This document shows positions 10,493 through 18,840 of a stretch of 64,000 nucleotides of DNA, piece by piece. Position numbers and translations under genes: made by a program. The notes beneath the pieces are model-generated. The model worked only from the letters and a program-made list of their open reading frames with translations. It was not told the DNA's origin and ran no database searches. Source of the stretch: Candidatus Thorarchaeota archaeon (lineage in GTDB: Archaea > Asgardarchaeota > Thorarchaeia > Thorarchaeales > Thorarchaeaceae); contig JBHIAE010000003.1 in the NCBI GenBank assembly GCA_046758445.1, positions 55,379 to 119,378 of the forward strand. Reading direction: 5' to 3'. How positions within the stretch are numbered: position 1 is the stretch's first letter; the number at the start of each line of letters is the position of its first letter.

Positions 10493-11185
10493 ATGCAAGA
10501 GAGAATAACGGCAGTTCGTGCGTCAATAGCTGACATAATCAACGGAACGTACCAGAATGTAAACGGGCCTCATGTCGTTTCTCCACACGGGGTCGAGCTC
10601 AGAAGAGTTGCTCTCGTGGGATTCATTGTAGATCAATACTCGGGGCAGGGTTTCGCCAGCATTACAATAGATGATGGAACGGAAACAATAAGGGCGAAGG
10701 CGTGGGGCGGAGAGGCCAGCTCCCTAGAGAAGGTTGAGCAGAACATTCTAACACTGATTATCGGTAAGGTACGGGAGTACGAAGGAGAGGTCTACCTCGT
10801 ACCGGAGATTGTGCGCGAGCTCGACGATCCGAACTACTTGTCCGTCCATCAGCTGGAGCGATACATTGCCATGCTTACAAGGAGCGGAGTCAGTTCCTCT
10901 GTGACTTCCGACTTGGAAGACTTCCTCCCTGAGCCGCCTCCACCGAAGCCGGCAGACAAGGAGAAGTCCGGAGGAGTAAAGGTTGCAGGCAAGATCTACA
11001 AGCAGATAATGCAATTTATCGAGAACCACGCAGACAAAGATGGTGTTCCCATTGATGACATAGTTGGATTCTTTGAGGAACGCGGCCATGATCGCACCGA
11101 TATCCAGTTGAAGGTACTGGATTTGCAGGGGCAAGGGAAGATACTGGAGGTCAGTGTCGGTGTTTACAGGCCGGCTGATGCATGA
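10493..11185 (+). CDS. RPA32/RPA2-like OB-fold ssDNA-binding subunit with C-terminal winged helix
   Basis: ITIDDGTETIRAKAW...IIGKVREYEGEVYLVPEIVR OB fold; Pro-rich linker; wHTH ending LQGQGKILEVSVGVYRP. Confidence 0.8.
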   Translation: MQERITAVRASIADIINGTYQNVNGPHVVSPHGVELRRVALVGFIVDQYSGQGFASITIDDGTETIRAKAWGGEASSLEKVEQNILTLIIGKVREYEGEVYLVPEIVRELDDPNYLSVHQLERYIAMLTRSGVSSSVTSDLEDFLPEPPPPKPADKEKSGGVKVAGKIYKQIMQFIENHADKDGVPIDDIVGFFEERGHDRTDIQLKVLDLQGQGKILEVSVGVYRPADA

Positions 11186-11244
11186 TTGAATCGGAACCGT
11201 TCACCGAACGACAGCTTAATAGCGAATATGGAGTGGGTTGACAT

Positions 11245-11658
11245 ATGGACGACTACGATAGCCTATTGGACAGAGCAAGATCTCAAGTTCCCGAAGACGC
11301 GTTCAAGCGGTCCGGAGAGCGATTCAACGTCCCTGGCGTGCAGCTCATGGTTCAGGGCAACAGGAGTTTCTGGCAGAACTTCCAAGAAACAATCAGTATC
11401 CTGAATCGACCTGGGAAAGAAGTGTTGAAGTACATTGCCGGACAATTAGCTACTGCCGGGAACATTGAGGGTAGCAATGCGATATTCAACGGCAAGTTCA
11501 CTTCAGAACAAGTTGATGCTGTATTGAGTCGCTATGTCGAGTCCTACGTGATCTGTCCTGTTTGTACTCGTCCTGACACAAGCATGGCAAAGGAAGGAAA
11601 CGCATACTATCTCGTATGTCAGGCCTGCGGTGCTCGCACTTCTGTAAGGCCAATATAG
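11245..11658 (+). CDS. eif2b: Translation initiation factor aIF-2 beta
   Basis: DYDSLLDRA, ERF, YVICPVCTRPDT, CQACGA. Confidence 0.95.
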   Translation: MDDYDSLLDRARSQVPEDAFKRSGERFNVPGVQLMVQGNRSFWQNFQETISILNRPGKEVLKYIAGQLATAGNIEGSNAIFNGKFTSEQVDAVLSRYVESYVICPVCTRPDTSMAKEGNAYYLVCQACGARTSVRPI

Positions 11659-11670
11659 GGGGCCAAGTAG

Positions 11671-11973
11671 TTGGTCAGTGTGTACTTGCGAGTTCGTGAA
11701 ACTCATGATGGACACTATCTCGTTGCTATGTGTGACGAAGGTCTCCTAGGAAAGACACTGGTGGAAGGAAAAGTGAAGTTCAAGGTGTCAAAGGATTTCT
11801 ACGGAGAAGAGCTTGTAGACGTTACGACCTGTGTGGAACATCTCAACAGAGCCACTATTGCCAATATGGTTGGGTCGACAAGCGTGGAAACCGCGATCAG
11901 TGCCGGTTTTGTACATGAGCAGGCTGTAGGCTACATTGAGGGTCATCCACATGCACAATGGGTAAGACTCTAG
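11671..11973 (+). CDS. DUF424 family protein
   Basis: VAMCDEGLLGK, FYG, ATIANMVG; usual position between aIF2B and NMD3. Confidence 0.85.
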   Translation: MVSVYLRVRETHDGHYLVAMCDEGLLGKTLVEGKVKFKVSKDFYGEELVDVTTCVEHLNRATIANMVGSTSVETAISAGFVHEQAVGYIEGHPHAQWVRL

Positions 11974-12041
11974 ACAAATAGAGAGTCTGACTGCTCAGGA
12001 AAAGCGCATAATCCAACCACGTTTTAAGCAAATCGTGAAGA

Positions 12042-13130
12042 TTGGAACTGTTGATGAAATTGAAAGCCCCCTGTTATGAGTGTGGAGAAAAGGCCGTAGT
12101 GGAAGGTCTCTGCGCCAACTGCTACGAGAAGGCACATCCGCTCATTCAGATACAGTCTCCACTTACTCTCTATTCTTGCAGGAGGTGCGACGCGGTGAAG
12201 ACTCCGGGGGGTTGGACGCCAATCACCGAGGTCCTGCCGGACTCGATCCAGACGAATCTGTATCAGGTCCGTATAGCGTTGGACCATGAGGTACAACGTT
12301 TCAAGGACCACGTTCAAGTTGACTTCACTGAGGAGAAAAGGCTAGACAGAGTACTTCACATCACTGTTTCTGCATCCGGGAAGTCCCATGAGTCAATTCC
12401 TAATCACACCGAGAGCTACCGCGTAGAAGTCAGGATGAAGAATGGCACGTGTGACACCTGCTCAATGATGAGCGGCGGGTATCACGAGGCGATTCTCCAG
12501 GTGCGCGCCGATGGCCGCCAAATAAGTGAACCTGAAGAAGAACAGATAATGTCCGTCCTCACTGATATGACCGTCGCTGAGTATGGGAAAGACGCCAAGG
12601 CATACGTTTCAGAAACAAGCAAAGACAAACATGGACTTGATTTCAAGATAGGCTCTGAACATCTGTGCCGCCGAATTGCTGATGAGCTCGAATCAAAATA
12701 CCTTGCCCAGCGGAAAGAGAACTATAAGCTAATTGGACAAGATCGTGGCGGCAAGCGGAAGTATCGAATCACCATTCTCATTAGACTGCAGAGATTCACT
12801 GTAGGTGATTTTGTCCGGGTCGGTGACGTTCCTTGCCAGGTTATGTCAATGGGCAAGAGTGGACTCACCTGCTTTGACCTGACGGCCCTACAGAGCTTCA
12901 CAATCAACACAAAGAGTTCCAAATGGAGAACACTAGATTTCATCTCTCCTGAGTCTACAAAACGACAGTTCATGGTTGTTTCGAGAGCCTATGGTCAGCC
13001 CATTCAGATTATGGACTCCGAAACCTACGAGATGTTTGAGATTGATGACAATGCCCTCTCTCAGGAGATAGGTGGAGGCGAAACAATCTTCGCGGTCTTG
13101 CTCGAAGACAACATCTATCCCCTTCCTTAG
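12042..13130 (+). CDS. nmd3: NMD3 family 60S/50S subunit biogenesis protein
   Basis: CYECG..GLCANC, CRRC, CDTCS..GGYHEAILQVR, YRITILIRL. Confidence 0.9.
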   Translation: MELLMKLKAPCYECGEKAVVEGLCANCYEKAHPLIQIQSPLTLYSCRRCDAVKTPGGWTPITEVLPDSIQTNLYQVRIALDHEVQRFKDHVQVDFTEEKRLDRVLHITVSASGKSHESIPNHTESYRVEVRMKNGTCDTCSMMSGGYHEAILQVRADGRQISEPEEEQIMSVLTDMTVAEYGKDAKAYVSETSKDKHGLDFKIGSEHLCRRIADELESKYLAQRKENYKLIGQDRGGKRKYRITILIRLQRFTVGDFVRVGDVPCQVMSMGKSGLTCFDLTALQSFTINTKSSKWRTLDFISPESTKRQFMVVSRAYGQPIQIMDSETYEMFEIDDNALSQEIGGGETIFAVLLEDNIYPLP

Positions 13131-13244
13131 TTACCAGGGCGAATGCCCCTCTAAGTGCCTGAAACAAAGAGCTACGCTTAAATGCGCTCCCAAGTCACAC
13201 TCTGCTAATGCCCAGGCCGAATGGGTCATAAACGGAGGAATTAG

Positions 13245-13574
13245 TTGCCCCGACGAGGTAAGCGCCGACACCAGGGTCCGCCAACTGAAGAGCTAGTTCG
13301 TGTTAGAACGCCCAAGCGAGATGAGGGAGAGATGTTTGGCATCATAATACAGATGCTTGGCTTTGACAGGGTCAGAGTTAGATGTGAGGACGGCGAGATT
13401 CGAATAGGAAGAATACCTGGCCGCATGAAGAAGAGGGTGTGGATGCGTGTCGGTGACACAGTACTGATAGTACCTTGGGAGTTTCAGTCTGATTTGAAGG
13501 GAGACGTTGTTTGGCGTTATCGCCAAAACGAAACTGACTGGCTCCAAAAGAAAGGCATCTTGAAGATGTTCTAG
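13245..13574 (+). CDS. eif1a: Translation initiation factor aIF-1A
   Basis: QMLGFDRVRVRCEDG..RIPGRMKKRVW..GDTVLIVPWEFQ. Confidence 0.96.
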   Translation: MPRRGKRRHQGPPTEELVRVRTPKRDEGEMFGIIIQMLGFDRVRVRCEDGEIRIGRIPGRMKKRVWMRVGDTVLIVPWEFQSDLKGDVVWRYRQNETDWLQKKGILKMF

Positions 13575-13622
13575 GCCAACCTTTTTCTGAGTAGTCAGTG
13601 GACGACTTGATACGAGGCATAA

Positions 13623-14435
13623 GTGCTTCTCGAAGGAAGGCACCCTGAGTTGAAACGACTGGACAGAGAGCATGAGCGGATTCTCTCTGAGCTCGACCGC
13701 CGTAAGATGAAGCGGCGGAAGGACTCAGATGAGTTCAAGGTTGTTGAGGGCGTGATTGACCCGCCGACGCTCAAAGCACTCTACAGGCTACTAAACAAAG
13801 GAGTCATCAATGCAGTACATGGCACCATCAGCACAGGGAAAGAGGCAAATGTCTATCGAGGAGAAGACCTTGATGGACAGCCGGTAGCAATCAAAATCTA
13901 TCGGGTTTCTACTGCAGAAACTGACTTCATGCTCGAGTACATCGTGGGTGATCCAAGATTCAGACGTATCAAGAGGCGAAGTAGAGCACTGATACCTCAG
14001 TGGACACTCAAAGAATACAAGAATCTCACACGATATCATGATGCGGGAGTACGCGTTCCCAAGCCAATAGCCGTCGACCGAAATGTACTGGTCATGGAGT
14101 TCATAGGTGATGCAAAGACTGCTGCTGCGCCTCTCATGAAGACAGTAGAGGTGCCGTCACCCGTGAAAGTCTTCAATCAACTCATTGAGATGGTTCAGAT
14201 TGGTTACAACAAGGCAGGCCTTGTTCACGCTGACCTGAGTGAGTATAACGTACTGTGGTTCAAGGGACCTGTGATAATTGACGTTTCTCAGGCCGTACTC
14301 ACGACCCATGACAACGCTAAACGGTATCTGATTCGTGACATCCAGAACCTAGCAAGCTTCTTCCGGAAGCTAGGAGTGGAGCCGGCGAATCCTGAAGAGA
14401 TTGCCGAACACATATTGTCCTCTGGTGAAGAATAG
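13623..14435 (+). CDS. rio1: RIO1 serine/threonine kinase
   Basis: ISTGKEANVY, AIKIYR, LVHADLSEYN, IIDVSQAV. Confidence 0.95.
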   Translation: MLLEGRHPELKRLDREHERILSELDRRKMKRRKDSDEFKVVEGVIDPPTLKALYRLLNKGVINAVHGTISTGKEANVYRGEDLDGQPVAIKIYRVSTAETDFMLEYIVGDPRFRRIKRRSRALIPQWTLKEYKNLTRYHDAGVRVPKPIAVDRNVLVMEFIGDAKTAAAPLMKTVEVPSPVKVFNQLIEMVQIGYNKAGLVHADLSEYNVLWFKGPVIIDVSQAVLTTHDNAKRYLIRDIQNLASFFRKLGVEPANPEEIAEHILSSGEE

Positions 14436-15002
14436 ATGCATTTCCAAGAGACCGTCAGAGTTCCTGCAGAAAGAGTAGGCGTCATCGTTGGGCGCAACGG
14501 CAGAGTCAGGAAGAAAGTAGAGCAACTGACAAACACCAAGATTGAGGTAGACCCTGAAGGTGTTGTGACTATTAGGAGTCCAGAAGACACTGAAGATCCT
14601 GTTTTGGCATGGAAGGCTCGTGACATTGTTCGAGCCATGGCTCGTGGCTTTAGTCCTAAGAACGCCCTCTCCCTCATTGATGAAGATGCACGACTCGTAA
14701 TCATCTCGCTCAGGGAGATTGTTGGGTCTTCACCCAACCAGCTGAAACGAGTTGCAGGCAGAATCATTGGAGAGAATGGCAGAACAAGAAGAGCAATTGA
14801 GCAGACGACCGAGACCAAGATATCCGTATATGGAAGGACAGTTTCACTGATTGGTTTTGATCCTGGTCTCCAGTATGCACATAGAGCCGTCGACATGCTA
14901 ATTGGAGGAGCACCTCACAGTGCAGTCTATTCAATGCTTGAGAGAGCTCGAAGACAGATGAGTCGCCTTGAAGCGGAGCTGTGGGAGGACACTGACCTCT
15001 GA
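14436..15002 (+). CDS. KH-domain pre-rRNA processing protein (Dim2/Pno1)
   Basis: IVGRNG, ARGFSP, GRIIGENG, GAPHSAVY. Confidence 0.93.
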   Translation: MHFQETVRVPAERVGVIVGRNGRVRKKVEQLTNTKIEVDPEGVVTIRSPEDTEDPVLAWKARDIVRAMARGFSPKNALSLIDEDARLVIISLREIVGSSPNQLKRVAGRIIGENGRTRRAIEQTTETKISVYGRTVSLIGFDPGLQYAHRAVDMLIGGAPHSAVYSMLERARRQMSRLEAELWEDTDL

Positions 15003-15056
15003 ACCTAGAGGAATTGTAATACCTCCTCTAATAATCCCAATTCCTCATTCTCTTAA

Positions 15057-16583
15057 TTGGCTAAGATGAACAGGACTCACAAGTCAGAAGAAGACTTTCG
15101 AGGAATCTCACCGGCAGAGTTCTTCTATAGAAATCGTCAGATGGCAGGCTTTGGAAATCCTACCCAGTCAGTGTACTCAACAGTCAGAGAGCTAGTTGAG
15201 AACAGCCTAGATGCCTGCGAAGATGCTCAACAACTCCCGAGAATACGGGTCTGTATTCAGTCCCATCGATCCAATATACTCACAGTGAGTGTTTCCGACA
15301 ATGGAGCAGGAGTTCCATATGCGCACGTTCCGGAGGCCTTTGGTCGAGTTCTCTATGGTAGCAAGTTCGGGCATAAACAGAAGCGTGGTACTTTTGGTCT
15401 AGGGGTCACAATGGCTATCCTCCATGGACAGATCACAACTGATGAACCTGTTTCGGTTCACACTCGAACAACGGAAGGTCCGGGTATGATCTTCCGAATT
15501 CTCATTGACGTCGAAAGAAACACTCCCATTGTCGAAAATAAAGAAGTATTGAGAAGGAGGGAGCAAGGCACCACCGTGACTGTCAAGTTAAGAGGTGACT
15601 TGAAGCGCGCTCAGGAGAGAGTAGAGGAGTATCTTAGACTGACGACTGTGGTATCCCCGCATGCTCAGATCGCACTCGTGATCGACGATTCATCAAGCAA
15701 GGTCATGGGCGGGTTTGTCGACACAGTCCCTGAAATGCCAGTCCCAACTAGACCGCACCCTAGGGCCGCAGATCTGGAGCTGCTTCGCCGACTCATTGAG
15801 AGTAGCAGGCCTAAGGGGCTTCGGGACTTCTTGATTGATTCCTTTCAGCAATTGGGAACTAGAACTGCAACCCGACTCCTCGGGTTTCTAGCAATGGACC
15901 AAAGCATTCAAGTTAAGACGATGGAACGCGAAGACATCTCTCGACTAGGTGCGGGACTTCGTAGATTCGACGGTTTTAGTAGTCCTAGTGGTAAGAGTCT
16001 GAGTCCCATCGGGAAGGATGCTTTTCTCAAGTCGGTGGCAGCTACCTTCAATACGAAAATGCTTAGCTATACACACAGTGCGACTTGTGAATGGGGCGGC
16101 AACGCCTTTGGAATTGAGGGAGTAGTGGCATTGGGTGATGATTTTCCCTCGGCAGACATACCAACGCTCTACCGATTCGCCAATCGTGTGCCTCTTCTTT
16201 ATGACGCAAGCGAGGACATCCTGTCCAAGGTGCTAAGACAGGTCAACTGGTCGAGGTACGGTAGAACAGGCCCGAAACCCGTTGCATTATTCATCCACTT
16301 CTTCTCCACGAAGGTACCATACAAGGCAGCAGGAAAGCAGGCTATCGCCCAGACATCTCAGATTGAAGAAGCGGCTCTGGCGGTCTACCGCAGACTGGGA
16401 CGTTCTCTGAGCAAATCCATCAAGAAACACAATCGTTCCCTACGGGACACCAAGAGGATTAGGGAGTTCTCCGAATTGTTTCGATTGGTGGCTAAGTATG
16501 GATCAGCCCTGGCAGAATCGGAAACAGTCCCTTCTACCGCCAAGATGGTGAAGATCCTTTTCGAGGCGAGTGATGATGTCTGA
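15057..16583 (+). CDS. top6B: DNA topoisomerase VI subunit B
   Basis: SPAEFF, ELVENSLDA, DNGAG, GSKF, RFANRVPLLYD, NWSRYG, KVPYKAAGKQAI. Confidence 0.93.
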   Translation: MAKMNRTHKSEEDFRGISPAEFFYRNRQMAGFGNPTQSVYSTVRELVENSLDACEDAQQLPRIRVCIQSHRSNILTVSVSDNGAGVPYAHVPEAFGRVLYGSKFGHKQKRGTFGLGVTMAILHGQITTDEPVSVHTRTTEGPGMIFRILIDVERNTPIVENKEVLRRREQGTTVTVKLRGDLKRAQERVEEYLRLTTVVSPHAQIALVIDDSSSKVMGGFVDTVPEMPVPTRPHPRAADLELLRRLIESSRPKGLRDFLIDSFQQLGTRTATRLLGFLAMDQSIQVKTMEREDISRLGAGLRRFDGFSSPSGKSLSPIGKDAFLKSVAATFNTKMLSYTHSATCEWGGNAFGIEGVVALGDDFPSADIPTLYRFANRVPLLYDASEDILSKVLRQVNWSRYGRTGPKPVALFIHFFSTKVPYKAAGKQAIAQTSQIEEAALAVYRRLGRSLSKSIKKHNRSLRDTKRIREFSELFRLVAKYGSALAESETVPSTAKMVKILFEASDDV

Positions 16584-17625
16584 GAGAAGCGGAGTAGACA
16601 TTCTAACAACTGTGGGGAGGGAGATAGTCAATGCAATCCAACGAGGCGAGTTTCCGACTCTGAATCTACCCGACAGAGGGACCACAAATATCCTCTATGA
16701 CCCTAATCTCGACCAGTTCATCCTTGGGAGTTCCCAAGTGAAGCGTGACTCCAGCAATCTCAAACACGTTCGGAGTTTTGCACAACTCGTCTGGGTTGCT
16801 CATTTCGCCAAGCAGCTTCTTCAGGCAAAACGTACCAGCTCACTTCGAGACCTATACTACTCAAGTGAGGCATTTGGTGTGGAGTTCAGCAATCAGACAG
16901 AATCAGATAGAACGATCGTTGACCTTGAGTGCTTGACTGGTCTGTCGAGGGAGGCTCTTGGCATATTTCCTGAGGAGCACTCATCGATCTTCGGAAGCAT
17001 GACAATGCAGTATACCGTTCCCGGCTATGAGGGCAAACAAGTGGATCTTACAATGAGTCCAGATGGTCTACCTGTGGGCCGCGCTCTCACGACCGCTCAG
17101 CCTCTGAGAACGGATGCGGAGGTCATACTGGCCGTAGAATCAGGTGGCATGTTCTCTCGGTTGATAGAAACCATGGCATGGGAAAGATACAAAGCTGTAC
17201 TGGTGCAGTTGGGAGGACAACCTCCGAGATCCACCCGGGCCCTGATGAGAAGAATCCACGAAGATCTCGGTCTTCCTGTCTTCATATTTACCGATGGAGA
17301 CCCTTGGGGAATGCACATTGCACAGGTGGTAATCAGCGGCAGCGCAAATTCCGCTCATGTAAAGGGACTGACGATTCCCTCTGCTAAATGGATTGGTGTG
17401 ACTCCAAATGACATAGTTGAACACGCACTGCCTTCAGAACCCATGACCGATGCGGATCTCAAACGCTTGGACGAGCTAGCTCGGGATGTTCGCTATTCCA
17501 ACAGAGAATGGCAGGAACACATCAAGCAGTTTCGGCGGCTTCAAAAGAAAGCGGAGCAGCAAGCCTTCAGTAGACACGGAATGGACTACGTTGTCGACAC
17601 CTATTTGTCAGACAAGCTGGCGTAA
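16570..17625 (+). CDS. top6A: DNA topoisomerase VI subunit A (Spo11 family)
   Basis: LRDLYY catalytic Tyr, VESGGMF, TDGDPWG toprim, KAEQQA. Confidence 0.95.
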   Translation: MMMSERSGVDILTTVGREIVNAIQRGEFPTLNLPDRGTTNILYDPNLDQFILGSSQVKRDSSNLKHVRSFAQLVWVAHFAKQLLQAKRTSSLRDLYYSSEAFGVEFSNQTESDRTIVDLECLTGLSREALGIFPEEHSSIFGSMTMQYTVPGYEGKQVDLTMSPDGLPVGRALTTAQPLRTDAEVILAVESGGMFSRLIETMAWERYKAVLVQLGGQPPRSTRALMRRIHEDLGLPVFIFTDGDPWGMHIAQVVISGSANSAHVKGLTIPSAKWIGVTPNDIVEHALPSEPMTDADLKRLDELARDVRYSNREWQEHIKQFRRLQKKAEQQAFSRHGMDYVVDTYLSDKLA

Positions 17626-17626
17626 T

Positions 17627-18655
17627 TCAGAGACCAAGCAGCTGAAACACCAAAAGAAGAGCAACGGCCCCATACGCAATAACCGCCTGAAGTAACACCA
17701 ACAGATTCACGTTCTTCTTCTCTGTCACGTTCTTTGAGAGGTGGGGTAATATCCAGTAGATTGTGTACGGTCCCGCAACCTCCAAAGTACCGTCTTCTCT
17801 TGGTCCTGCGAACTTCCTGTACTCACCACGGGTGCGGTTGATGCGTACCTTGTAAAAGATGTAGAGCAGAAAGTTCAGCCCGAAGGGCAGATACAGGAGG
17901 ACTGCAAGTCTGTCCATATTGCCGAGTATCAATGCAGCAGCTATTGCTGCTCCCATAGGCAACCTCCCGACGTCACCCGGCAGAATCCTTGCTGGATATC
18001 TATTGAACAATAGAAACCCGATTGATGCACCCATTAGCGCTCCGGCAACAACCCCAGCATCTACCTGGGTCTGGGGAATGGCGACACCTGCTGTGAGCGG
18101 CAGCAACACCACATACAGAACTGCTGCTGAGGAGTTTACTGCCGAGAGGCCGGCCTCTAGACCATTCATCCCTCCATACATGTTGGTAGAGTCAATGATG
18201 AACGTCATCATCAGTGGCACAATTACAAGCGGGTAGAGAATTCCCAGGTCAACCGTGCCTAAGAAAGGGATTGACATGGTTGTCGTGCCAACTTGCATCA
18301 CTATCATTGGTATTGATGCTATCATCGGGAGGGCTATCTTGGTTCGATTCCTGAAATCTAGGCTATCGTCTAGGAGTCCTATTATCGCTGCCATTAGAAT
18401 AGAAACCATTGCCGCCAAGAGTCCGGGGTTCACAATGTCTTGGGCCTGGAACGTTGTTAGCCCAATCACAATCAGAAGAGAGGTGACAATTGCGAAGAGA
18501 ACCACGATGCCTCCGCCCTTTGCAACCTCTGGCCTATCCTTCTTGTGGACATCAATGCCTACAAACCCCTTCTGTTTCAGGGTTTCTATCATAGATGGAA
18601 GTACTAGCACCACGATTAGAAACGCAAGTACTATGGCAATCAGAATAGCTAGCAA
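17627..18655 (-). CDS. UDP-GlcNAc:dolichyl-phosphate GlcNAc-1-phosphotransferase (AglH/Alg7/DPAGT1, MraY family)
   Basis: GIDVHK..RPEVAKGGG, IGLLDD, NMYGGMNGLEAG, FNRYPARILPGDVG; about 10 TM. Confidence 0.88.
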   Translation of the reverse strand: MLAILIAIVLAFLIVVLVLPSMIETLKQKGFVGIDVHKKDRPEVAKGGGIVVLFAIVTSLLIVIGLTTFQAQDIVNPGLLAAMVSILMAAIIGLLDDSLDFRNRTKIALPMIASIPMIVMQVGTTTMSIPFLGTVDLGILYPLVIVPLMMTFIIDSTNMYGGMNGLEAGLSAVNSSAAVLYVVLLPLTAGVAIPQTQVDAGVVAGALMGASIGFLLFNRYPARILPGDVGRLPMGAAIAAALILGNMDRLAVLLYLPFGLNFLLYIFYKVRINRTRGEYRKFAGPREDGTLEVAGPYTIYWILPHLSKNVTEKKNVNLLVLLQAVIAYGAVALLLVFQLLGL

Positions 18656-18840
18656 TCGTTTCTATTCTCCTATTGAGCGTTTCACAATCACCCTGTTTAA
18701 CACTTTTTGGATGTATGCCGCTTCGTGCATGCTTTCAACCTACGAAACCTATTTAACGAATCCAGAGGTTCGACCGCATCGTTCGCGGTCAGACTAGAGC
18801 ATATCTTATCGCGAACCCCAGCGATTCACGGTGATTCGTA

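Noticed and set aside
14288-14896. Long antisense ORFs (for example 14288-14896, 54322-54939, 36461-37006, 33545-34087)
   Set aside because: Shadow frames of well-supported genes with no protein motifs
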